Shown: positions 12,388 through 24,100 of the stretch, piece after piece
How the letters are laid out: the number at the start of each line of letters is the position of its first letter
Numbering within the stretch: position 1 is the first letter of the stretch
Origin: Catajapyx aquilonaris
Lineage: Eukaryota
Length of the DNA stretch: 64,000 bases
Direction of reading: 5' to 3'
Assembly: GCA_000934665.2 (NCBI GenBank)
Contig: JYFJ02001221.1
Coordinates: 1-64,000 of the forward strand
Position numbers and translations under genes: made by a program
Notes under the pieces: generated by a model
What the model saw: only the letters and a program-made list of their open reading frames with translations
What the model was told of the DNA's origin: nothing
Database searches by the model: none

Positions 12388-13351
12388 ATAAGGTAGTTGC
12401 AGTTGGTGCCATATATAAGGAATGTAGTGTGTAGGCCTGCGCTTGTATTTGGCCCTTATTGCTGAGGGCAGTGAAGAAATTACATTACACCGCCCATGAA
12501 GACCTTTAATTTTAAGAATCATGAGAAGCGGCACTCAAAGTGCCATATAAGGGATTTTCAATGTTGGTCCTAGTTCTGCTTGCATCATACGTTATTTGGA
12601 AATATAAGTAATATTATTGAAATAATTAAATCTTCTTAAATTGTTGTTGAGCAATTTGATGTGATATGTATATTGTGTGTAATGGCATACGCATGCAACA
12701 AATGGTTTTCTGGAGTTGTCAATGTTTTATGACAATTTGGTATGAATGCAGAACTAGATCCATGAGTATCAGCCATGCATTTCTTCTTGATTAGTAATCG
12801 AGATGGTCTACTGAACCTGCAGGGGTGGTAGTTGGTGAATGAGTTCATATATCATTGTAAATTATCCCAATTAATGTGCCATAATTACGCAGGGAAGTTA
12901 ATGTGTTATCTTAATCCCATGTTAGAAAAATGTTCAAATCTGATTTACCAATGTTAGTGATGGGCCCTAGTGACTTGGGGATTTTATGATTATTTTGAAA
13001 TGACTCAAGAAAGGCCTAAGTGAGTAAGCGCTGCCAATATGTGACCAAGGTGCGGTGCCTATTTAACACACTGCCGAGATTAAGAATAATTCAGTAGGTG
13101 CTGTAAACAGAGGGAAAATTGTAAACTAAGCAGTGAGGGAGCTCTCAATCAAAGTGGGTCATGTGAGGTAGGAGAGAAAAGGTGTGGTTATCCTGTTTGG
13201 TTTGAGAAACTTTTTTTTTTTTTGACACATAATTATTGTTGTTGGAATGTAAACAATACTGCAGTGTTTGCCAGACTGCCACAAGGGTAGTGAGGGTTGA
13301 AAGAGGGGAGAAATGCTATCTAGGAACTTAGTAACAAGCAAATTTAATATA

Positions 13352-13710
13352 CACTGTGGTCCCGATCATCCAGGTGCTGATTATCCAGGTGCTGATTATT
13401 ATCCATGTTGTGGATTATTATCCGTACATCACCAAAAAAAAAAGTTTGAAGCAAGAGTTCATAAGAATGTCAATGTCTCGCAAACCAGGACAGAGAGCAG
13501 ACTTTTTCCATGAGAAAAATTTAAAATCGAAAAGTTTCATTACTTTGATTAAACATTATTTAAGGCAGCATACAGTAAGTACAATAGTTCATTTAAAACC
13601 AGTGAATAACTCATTCTTATAGTAGCTAGGACCATTTTATGTTGATCCATGTTTTTCAATTATCTGGGGACACCCATGCATTCATGGCACAGATAATGGG
13701 GAGTACAGTG
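13352..13710. mobile_element. TA-flanked MITE (CACTGT...ACAGTG termini), probably within the HR96 3' UTR
   Basis: TA|CACTGTGGTCCCGATCATCC ... AGATAATGGGGAGTACAGTG|TA; termini resemble the element at 59266-59599. Confidence 0.6.
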
Positions 13711-15867
13711 TACACAACAACCCCACACACGTCCTCTTTCTAAGAAGGCCACACACAATAATTGATTCTCTGTCTTTCTCTCCTGCATTCCTCCTTTCAG
13801 TTCTGCATTCCCGGGTGTCCATGCCCTCCTTAATCCTTGCAGGAATGTCACCCAGGTGATAACGCCCACTTACATTGTGAGCAGTACAATAGTTTCATGG
13901 AAATGTGTTATGAGGTGACTGGCCCTACACCACCACTTCCAACTGAATTTTTTTTTCTTCGATGTACTGTGTGTTTATAAATCAGCTCAGATCTATAATT
14001 ATCAGTTGAAATGTTGTGGCGGTCTCTCCATCAAGTTGGTACGTAGTAAAAATCAATTCAGAATATTTCTATGCCATACTCTCAATCATGAGTGCTCTGC
14101 AAATGAGGCAGGGAGAATAATCAAATTTCACAAAAATGAATGATTCCAATGGTTTTCTCTTGATGGCTGGCTGATAGCAGCAATTCACTTAAAGAAGATC
14201 ATCAGATATGAATTACAAATGGAAGCAGTTTATTTCATACATAAATGGTACTACTGTACTGTCATCAACAGTAGTGCTTCCTGAATCTTGCTCACCTCAT
14301 ACTGTTCAACCTCTCAACATTATGATATTCAATAATGAGATTCACATTTTAGTTTATTCGTTTTTCATGTCAAGATCTGATTTTATCTGAACAATTGCTT
14401 GGAAATTGCATTTTTATTTGGCCAGTCCCTGGTGTAGTTTTGTGCGATATACAAGAGAATAATGTCTTTCTGGGAATTGTAGTCATAGGCACATCAGTGC
14501 AAATCAGTTATTATCAGGAGCCAAAAACCAATAATGAGCTTTACCAGTTTATCAGTCTGTTGTGGTAACGTGATTTGCTGTCCAGAACCGCTTATGTCTA
14601 TTTTCCAAGATATAAATGGTTCGTGTCGTGTATGTTCATAGAGAAGGGATATTCTGGTATAATGTATTTCCATTAGTAACTTATTTCAGTTGTAATGGTA
14701 TATGTCCAAACATTGTGAAGTTACAGTACTTGTATGCCAGTTTAGCAAAGGTTTTGGGAGTAAAATTGGAAGAATGATGGAATGTCTTTAGTGAGATGCC
14801 AGTAGTGGTGTTCTGATTATTGTGAACCTCCATGAGAGCAATATGACACTCGAAACAAGTCAATCCCAACTTCCTCAGTAAAGCAAAGATTCTGTGGCCC
14901 ATTAACCTTCATCAAGAAGAAATGCAGGTGCTATGCGTGTCCAATTATTTCCATGCCAGGCTGTGTACAAAGTGATATGAGCCGGGATCCCAGTCATAAA
15001 ATATAGCCAAAGTTTTAAAAACAACAGAGATGCGCAAACTATTTTACTGCCAAGAATGTTATTATATGAAACAAATTATTGTAAATTTAGCAAATATTAT
15101 AATCATTACAATAAAAACTACGGGTCTACTACGAAGAGTGACACGTCACCTTTTACATTTTGTTTCATTACCTTATCTCAAGTGATTTACTGTGTTTGAT
15201 GTCTCGTTTTGATGGGTAGGTGCCCTATTGCATAACATTGGATATATTATCATTTATGTTTTGGTGCCCTTTGCACAACAGATTACAAGTTGCCCATGCA
15301 CATTGAATTTTACGTAGCATCATTCATATACACCAGATTGTCAGTTATGTCTGTGTATGCTTCAGGTGGGGGCAGCACCTTGGCCTATTCTCAACATGAT
15401 CTGGAAATTGAGTTTTGAATCTCACCAATTTACCATGCAGAAAATAGTTTCCACACATGTGGCGTGAATACCGGACATGAAAAATAATTGTGCTGCACAC
15501 TAATGAGCCACTAATGTCAAAATTAAGTTGACAATTTTGGTTTTAGAACAAGTCAATGCAAGATTTATTGACCACCCTGTAGAGACAACCAGTACTTGTT
15601 TCAGCACCTTCTTTACAGACATCATGCATCATGAATTCATGATAGTCTTACTTGCCTGGACACCTCCAGTAAACCAGGCCAAACTGAGACATGACCGAGA
15701 TGACACTTGCAAAATATTAATTGACCTTTTGCATTTGTACTGACTGCAATGCCCTTTTTAACCTGCCTTTGCAGATGAGATTACACTCCTGGCAATGATT
15801 GTGTATCAGGACACATTTCCTTCCTGTGAAATAGCAAGTGATTTTATTCACATGTTTAGAGCCAGAG

Positions 15868-16358
15868 ATGGAAGCAACCAAGCTTCTCCTTATTGCTGCA
15901 ACTGCAATAATTCTACAGTCTACATCTGCAGGTATGCAGGGACTTTGTTTGATTGCATTTATAGTCATCTCAAGTTGGAATTCTCAACAGGACGAGTGAA
16001 GAGAAGCAATATTTGCTTCTGTGGATCAGCTGGCTTGTTTCCAAGCCCTGATGGGGACTGCTCATACTATGTGCACTGCACCGACAATCGTCGAGGATGG
16101 GTTACACCTTGCCCAAATGGAATGCATTTTAATGGAAGACTCAGGAAGTGTGAAGATGCGCAGGGTTCCTTAGAATGTAGTACCCAGCAAGGTGTCAACC
16201 AATTATTTGGTCCAAAGTGCATTTCAATTAATGACTCACGATACATCCCAACATCACCTCTTTCTGTGTCACATGAACCTTCCACCGTGCCACCATTGAG
16301 AAGTGAGCGTTTTGACAGTCTGGACACTGAAGAAAGAGAGTATGATAATTATGTGTAA
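15868..16358 (+). CDS. Secreted chitin-binding type-2 (CBM14/peritrophin-A) peptide 1, 143 aa
   Basis: Exon 15868-15931 encodes the signal peptide MEATKLLLIAATAIILQSTSA. Exon 15991-16358 encodes RVKR, then a C..GLFP.PDGDC..Y..C...CP.G..FN...C domain and an acidic tail. Confidence 0.85.
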
Positions 16359-16650
16359 AATAATGTCTGACAGGCCAAATCAATACGGTATCAATGTGTC
16401 CAAATCAAGCTGTCACACTGTCATTCAATAATACACTGGCTGGCAATTTTTTGGGGTCTTGTCAAGGCAGTATGAAATCAAAGCTTGCAGGTGTGCTCTC
16501 CAGATACAGTTAAACCGCACTTCATTTCATAAGAAACCACCAAGTGAGATAATAAAATATTAGCAGGAAATGTTATATCGTGTACTTCCTCTCTCTCCAA
16601 AACCACGACATCCGATCCTCAGATTCTGTATCAGTCATTGGGATTCAACA

Positions 16651-17358
16651 ATGGAAGTCACAAAGCACTTCTTTATTATTGCCGCACTTGTGATGATTTT
16701 GGAAACTGCTGGTGCAGGTACGTACCCGGTACCCCAAAATGTGAGAGGTAATCATTACCTGCAGAAGGGGCCTGTCAGATGTCAAATAATTTAGCTGATA
16801 TTGTGAGACATTCAAAAATCCTCCAAAAAATCGGCTTTTTTGGGAATTGGATTTTTTCTTCTATAAATTTTTCAATTATTGAAAATCATCAACTCCGCCC
16901 TGGGTGAATATGAGCAAACGTCGAATTTATTTGCAGGCCGAGTGAAGAGACACGACTGCATATGCGAACCAGGTACAGGTGGCATATTCCCCATCCCCGA
17001 CGGTGACTGCACCGGATTCGTGAACTGCAACACAGCCGGACAAGGATGGCTTCTGAAGTGTCCATCCGGAACAGGCTTCAACGCGAGGCACAAGACGTGC
17101 GACCACCTGTCCAGCAGACCCGACTGCACCGCGTACGTCGGATACAGCCCGTACCTGCGATGCGTCAACTCAGATAGTGAATCTCAACATGTCACAACAA
17201 TGCGTCCGACCACGGGGCGCCATCAGGGCGGACACATCACAATGGCCCCTACTTATCCACCCTTTCCAGATCACATTACCGATAATAATGGTCTGGACAC
17301 GGAGGAGAGAGATTACGACACTGGTGCTTTCGACGCCGATTTCATTCGCAGAAAATAA
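16651..17358 (+). CDS. Secreted CBM14 peptide 2, 162 aa, paralog of peptide 1
   Basis: Exons 16651-16717 (MEVTKHFFIIAALVMILETAGA) and 16937-17358. Same phase-1 intron, RVKR site and 8 Cys as peptide 1; AATAAA near 17397. Confidence 0.88.
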
Positions 17359-17651
17359 TCATTGCTCATTAAATGTACGACACATATATGTGGTCAATAA
17401 ACGAGTTTCTGGGAACCATATTAATTAACGGGTCTCACGGCGAGAAAGTATATTATCTCATTGTTTCGCACGTTTGTATCATACTTTTTCCTGGCAATTT
17501 CCTTAATTTAGCTGTGCGGCACGCATGACAAAAAGAGTATACACGCCATATGCCGAAAAAGAAAAAGTGAAATAAAACTATGTCACCAGGCTGTGGGACA
17601 ATTACGCAATTTTTGACATCATGTATAGTATAGGTACCGGGATCTGATGGG

Positions 17652-17661
17652 GGGGCTTTCC
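17652..17661 (+). promoter_or_regulatory. Candidate NF-kB (Rel) binding site upstream of CBM14 peptide 3
   Basis: GGGGCTTTCC fits GGGRNNYYCC, about 220 bp upstream of ATG 17881; it lies in a G/C homopolymer context, so it could be chance. Confidence 0.3.
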
Positions 17662-17880
17662 CCCCCACGTTGGATTTGCGTGCGAAAATATGAAAAGGGA
17701 AAAGTGTCATGCTGGCCATAAACCTCGCAGGGCGGGGCAGGATACCTTTCCCCTTATTTTTGAGAACACCCAATATTTTTGGGCAGGTTAGATCGCATTC
17801 CGTCTCGTGTCTGTCGCTCTCTTTTGGTCTTTTTGTCTGTGTCTTAATTTATTTCTTTTCCGCGACTTTTCTAAGGAAGG

Positions 17881-18985
17881 ATGATTAGGTGCGGATTGAT
17901 CGCCGTGGGAATCGCGATAGTTCTGATTGGGATTTCCGTTGGAAGTCAAGGTGAGGACATGGTGCCCTATATTTTTAGCGTGTGCGAATTACCACTCCTT
18001 TTCAGCCTGGATATGCATGCCATGGTGTTATTGACATAATTATTATTGCAGCATGTCGCTAATGTAATAATTGACACGTGAAAAACTTTGCTGAACTGTA
18101 ATCGCAAAATTATGCATCATATTGCTCAAAATTGTTAGACGATATTGAATACATTTCGATTCAATACAAAATCGCCTCAATCTTTTTGAGACATAGTATG
18201 TGGCATTATCATTTTTTTGTATTACATCATTTTGGTTGTAAGCTGCATTTTTTTAAACGGAGATCCTCAGTTCTCGACAAGTTTCTCTGCACAAAATAAT
18301 AAGTGCAAAGAAGTCATAATAAGACAGTTCAGTTAGCCTATTAGAATAACAAGTGCATAACACGGGGAGGTGTAGATGGCCGAGATGGTAACGTCTCGGC
18401 TTGCCGAGTGAAAGCCCCCAGGTTCGATCCCCGCCTGGGGAGTTCCCTTTCACCTGCGTCAGGACCTGCACCTGGTCTGGCAACCTAACCTCCTGGGGAA
18501 CATCGCACAACCCCTTTTCAGACATTGCACTTGCACCTATGTTCCCTCCCCAAAAATCCCAATCCCTACCCTACATCCTTGACTCCATCCTTGCACCAAA
18601 GATTGAAGTTAATCTAGAAAATGGAGTGAAATGGTGGTATTCCACCCCCCCCCCCCTGAAAGGGCCTATGGGGTAAACAGCAAAAAAAAAAAAAAGTGCA
18701 TGGCATGAGGTCATGGGTCAAGTGTGTTCAAAGTGCATCATAGTTCACAGCCGGCATAAGAGGCAGCAGTACCAATGCTTCGCTGCTGGACTGTTCCCAC
18801 ACCCCGGAGACTGCGGCCGATTTATCTCGTGCGCAACGTCTGGCCTTGGATGGGAGCTGGCCTGCCCTGCCGGACTCTTCTTCAACCCTGTCATCCTGGT
18901 GTGCGACTGGCCCTACAACGTGCCCTACTGCAGGCCCCAGCTGCCCGCCTTCTTCCCCGGATACGACCCCAGGTTTCCAGGCTGA
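17881..18985 (+). CDS. Secreted CBM14 peptide 3, about 103 aa precursor
   Basis: Exon 17881-17950 (MIRCGLIAVGIAIVLIGISVGSQ) joins in phase to 18744-18985 (acceptor is weak). RHKR is followed by a 6-Cys domain GLFPHPGDC..F..C...CPAGLFFNP...CDWP.NV..C; AATAAA at 19004. Confidence 0.82.
18364..18695 (+). mobile_element. tRNA-derived SINE-like insertion in the intron of peptide 3
   Basis: Pol III A-box TGGCCGAGATGG (18377), B-box GGTTCGATCCC (18421) and a downstream poly-A run (18683-18695). Boundaries approximate. Confidence 0.55.
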
Positions 18986-21135
18986 CCTTGTACTACAGAG
19001 GACAATAAAAATATCTCCACATCCACTCTATTTCATTGCATTCACAACCACCTGCCTCTTGCACCCAAGTTGGAAAAGTAGATGAAAGGCAAAACGTGCC
19101 ATCACACTTGAACACTTTGGGTAACTTTCCTCCACGCTACATAAATGGCCTCATAACCTTTCCACAGAACCAAAAGGGGCAGCCCAATGCCTGCAACAAA
19201 GATTCGGTCCAGATCAGGGGGTAATAACAAAAGATTTTTCTGGAATCCTTCGCTGCATTTATTTTTTCCGAGCAATATCCTCCTTCTTGGAAGAGTAGGA
19301 ATTCCCCGAATAAAAAAGAAAATGTACATGGCTGCAGCTGTGGCAACAGGCAAATGGGGGCGAATTGGGAAGAGTCGCAAGTTGGGAAGGAAGGGGAGGA
19401 GAAAAAATTGGACTGGATTGCTCAAGATCAGTACACATTGCTCGTTAAAAAAAGTCAGTTACAAACCAGTTGTTAACAGGAATGAATACAAAAAAAATAC
19501 TGCTCCGATAACGCTGTCGTTATCCACATACACTTTTCGCATTAATTATTATGCTTGGAAGAAACGGGGGGGAGGGGGGAGGGGGAGGAAAAGAGCAGTA
19601 ATGATGCGTTATTTACACACGAGATGAAAAAATGGTATCCTTTTTTTTTTTTTTTTTACCTTACAAGACCCCCAGAAAGAAGGAAAGAAGACCTGAGTAC
19701 AAAAAAGGAAACAATGCATCGAAACAACACACATGCTATATTCTTGTTTTCCTCACTCTCTTTATGTAAGTCTGCAAACACACCCTGTTACTCTTGCCAC
19801 TTGTTCCCTATTTACAAGTTATTGTTAAGGTTTATCCTTCCCATCCACATACATAAATTAATCAGTCGTCGTTGAAAAGGACAATTAGCACATTCAGAAA
19901 CCAGGCGAAAAATGTTGTGTTTCATCTACCAAGGTGGAAAATAAATAGTTGGGGAGGGGATGGGGGAGGGCAACGACTCAAGTCTCTCTCTGACATTAAT
20001 GCGAGGAGAATTATTGCAATAAACCAAATCAACTTGGCCTACATACTCGTGCAGTGCAAAAAACTTCCATGATTTGTTATGGTGGTGAAGTAAGGGCTAA
20101 AGCCTAGTTTAGAACCATCATCATTATGTCAGTCACATTTGTAAAACTTTTACCAAATGTATTCTAGACAGAAACCTTGTCAATGTTAGAACTTGAAATA
20201 TATTGCAAAATAGTCCATCAAAAGAGCTATTTGATTGTTTTCTCCAGAATTGGTTCCCATTCTTCCTAACATTCAATGACTAATGTTACTGCGCATTACT
20301 GGCAGGTGAAACGGAGGACAACTTAAACTAGACTTTAGCCAAAATAAAATCTGGTAACTGTGAGATTCCAAATGATTTACAATAATATTAATAATATTTA
20401 ATAATGATTAAACAGCCTCGGGCTTACAATACTTTTATCTTACCCACATTCCCTATTAAATGTCTCTCTTGATTTCTTTCTCCCTCACTATCAAAAAGGG
20501 GTGGGAGGAAAAAAAAAACCAAATGAAAAAAAAAGATTGGTTCCTTGGACTAGAATATATACCAGTGTTGTTAGTGTTGTGGTTATTGAAGTTGTTGTTC
20601 ATGTTGTCACACTGGCAAAGAAAAAAAAACAGGAACAATACCAAGTAGGTGGCAGCCACAACTCAGTTCTCAAAAATCGCTGGAAGACACTCAAAAAACA
20701 CAACTAAAAATTCAGTAACAAGTTAAACCGGCCCTTTTTTTAGTGTCCCAAAACTTCCTGAGGGTGTTAAATTCTAGTGTTATGAGTTCCTTTTGGTCAC
20801 GTAATTAACCAAAAGCCGGTAGACCACTTGCTAAAATCTCCTTAAAATCTTTGTCTTTGGTAACAGGAATGAATGCAAGCTAAAAAAGCCAAACTTGGGA
20901 TTCATGCAACACAAAAATGTCCATTGCAAAAAACAAAAAAAAAAAAAGTTGACCCAAGTCGTGGCTTGAATTTTCAGTAATGTCTCTCCTTCACTTTCAA
21001 GGTTCCCTTGTCCTCCAGGAGTTCCATGATTTCACTCACGCACTCACAGTCTCTTCTTTACCTTGCATCCTTCTTCTAACGACCACCCACCACAGAAAGG
21101 AGAAAATGAAACAAAGAAGAATGAAATTGCTGATG

Positions 21136-24100
21136 CTAGATGCATGTGTCCAAGTTCTGATTGGAGACTGGCTTTCTTGCTTTCGACTTCCCCTCTCCCT
21201 TGCCAGTTGGGTCTATGCTGACCTTGCGAGGATTGCCCAGAGTGACCAAGGCAGAAGCTATAGCCAACCCTGAAAAGTAAGGGATCAGCAATCTTGTAGC
21301 CTGTTACGACTACATCCCTCCTTCAAGAGAAGGCCAACTGTGGATTTAGTTCCAACTCTGAAGTGACCGTTTTGTGCTGCGCATAAAATACGGCAATAAT
21401 CTCCAGTTCCTTTATAAAGTGTTGTCATTGACAGCTCTTCCTCCTCACATAGAATGACATGCCATTTTCTTTTAAAATGGGATGGCCATAAAATTAATAC
21501 TAACCAAAAATGGATACAAACCTAGCTTGTCCTTCGAGGCAATACGTGCAATTCTTTTGCCTGTCGATGCTTCCATAAATCATGCTTGATAATACTTGTC
21601 TATGCCAACCTTTCTCAAATCTAACGAAATTACCTGACTGCCCTGCTGGTGTGAAAACCTCCCCACCTGAGGGCAGGCGCACTAGTAATGACAAAACAGC
21701 TGCCCGGTTCCCATAGCATGGCTCCAGGGCAATAGGACTTGGACACTCCTGAAAGAGGGAAAAAATACATTATGTAGAAAAATACATTTGAACTATTTTT
21801 TCTGCAGAATGTTGTTAATTTCACAGTTACCCAACATTAATTGTACTTGCCATCCATCCAGCAAAAGTAACATACAATCTAATCCAGAGAATAAGCACAG
21901 ATCATTTATAACATCGGCATACCCAGGCAACCCATGAGAAAGCTCATCCTATTTGCAGAAGCAGGCAGCTAACAGCGCAAATTGTGGGATGATTGGACAT
22001 CACTATTCAATGCACACTTACCCCTCCAACTTTCTTTCTCTTTCGCATTCCAGCAGATCTGTTGTTATTGTTGGCTGCCACCAGAGTGGCTGTGGCATTA
22101 CTGTCACAGGCCACTGACACTGGAAGAGGTTCTGTTGTTGCTGCTATGGAAGCTGCCATGGTACCATTGTTGGCCCCCTTTTCGAAGTGTTCCATTTCCA
22201 CAAGTACCTGTGAAAATGGTCTACTGGCCATCTGCTCCATCTCCACAAAGAGGCGTTGGCGGCGACGGTACAAGTCGTATTTCTGCTTTATTTTCCAAAG
22301 GATTGCTGCTACCAGCAAGAGGAGCAGGAAGCACCTGAGAAGTACGCAAATTTTCGTGTCAAAGAAAGTCAATGAAACACCTAGGTAAGCTCTTATCAGC
22401 TTGTTCCTGTATTAAAAATACGTAATCATTAATGACATAAGTATCATGCTGATCAATCATTCTTTATATTGCAGCTAGTAAAACTCACGTGGAGAATGTG
22501 ATGAAAAACTGCAGCAAGTCCAGCTTTGGTGACTGGGAGAAAGAGATCTGGATCCAAAGAGGGGGTTGAAAGTCGTAAACATATACATGGAAGGTGGTGT
22601 TGTCCTCGGAGCCAAAGCTGTACTCCGTCTTGGAGAATCGTGACTTAAATTGGGAGCAGTTGTGGCCACTTAGAAGCACTTTCTCAGGCAGGGACCCAAA
22701 CCTGACAGTAATATTCATCTTGGCCAGAACTGAACAGGTGATGTGAAAGTCCGCATCAACATCTGGTTTGGGTGGAGTATTCTTGAAGTTTATCTGAGTG
22801 TAGTGCCGGTCCTCCTTCTTCGACAGATTGAACGTGAACTGGTAGTCTATTGTCAGATCATCTGGTATTGAGGAGACGAAATTAGTGATCATGCCTTCAA
22901 TTATAACCCCTAATATGGCATCTCTTATGTGCTCTAATAATTAATTGCTGTAATGATTGCAGCCTATTCTACATTCATTGTCAGACAGTTTTTCTACAAA
23001 AACTCTGTACACCAGAAAAGCCTTCTACGACTAATCTGCACCTTCAAGAAAAACTCACAAAAACAGGATCCTCCTTTGGTGGGGTCACCAAAGTAATGGT
23101 TCTGCGTGTCACACCTCTCACAATGGTCGCCAGTGATACCCTTTGTGGTGCAGTAGCATTTTCCATTCTCACGGTGACAGAGAGTGCCCTGGTTGTTGCA
23201 CTCACAAGCTGCATAGAATAAGTGCAAAGTAAGTTGACTAAATTTATTCCGTGAGCAAGATACTCACAATTGCAGCGTCCACCATTAACAGGATTCCCAT
23301 AGTAGGCAGCAATACAATACTCGCAGTGAGCTCCTTCAGTCAGGTTTGCGCAAGGCTGGTTGCATACATTGCTGTCATTAGCACACACAGAGTGGCCATT
23401 GCATTGGCAAGCTGAAAAGCAGATGTCAGATGCAAAAATGCAACAGAGTCATGACTAAAGTGGTGAGAGGTAAAATGGAATTAGATTTCTCCAGCAGTTA
23501 CAGTACCTGGACAGGAGGTAAAGTGCCACCTGGAGGGTTGGCATGTGTTGTCTCTCACTACTGTTCCATTTGCCAGTTTCCTAAGAGCACCACCACTACC
23601 CCCCTCCACACACAGTCCTAGTCCTGTGCCACTCCCGTTATCACACCACCCACACGACGGATCAACCTGGCACTCTTCACATGTGTGATGGGTGCTGCAG
23701 TAAGCACGCACTCCACCAATCACTACTGCAGAGTTTGAGGAAGAAGATGAGGAAGAATGGGAACCACTTCCACTGTCTGAGTCCCTGCACCGACTCTGAT
23801 AGTGAGTCCACTCCATACACTGGCCATATGGAAAGGAGGCAGAGTAAGCGTTCTTGTCCACACAAGTCCCTGTATTCTGGCACCACATGCACTCCTCAAC
23901 TGTGCAGTTGTAGCACGAGGTTATCTTGCTGCAGCTTGGCCGGCACTTGTGCTCACGTGGATGATGCTGGTCCACACTGCTGCTGTTGTTCACAGCTGTT
24001 TGTGACAAAAGAAGACATTAGGAACCACACTCAAATGATGGCTTGTAGCCACAGTGAAAAATAAGACGATTTCGGTTTTTCCAGTTTAGTGCAACATGCA

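Noticed and set aside
15795..15990. Unspliced 187 aa ORF as the start of peptide 1
   Set aside because: The spliced model gives a signal peptide paralogous to peptide 2; the unspliced N-terminus has none.
18364..18440. tRNA gene
   Set aside because: A and B boxes are present, but I could not build a convincing cloverleaf; it fits a SINE head better.
19102..20707. Lys- or Phe-rich ORFs
   Set aside because: Artefacts of homopolymer runs in the probable attractin 3' UTR.
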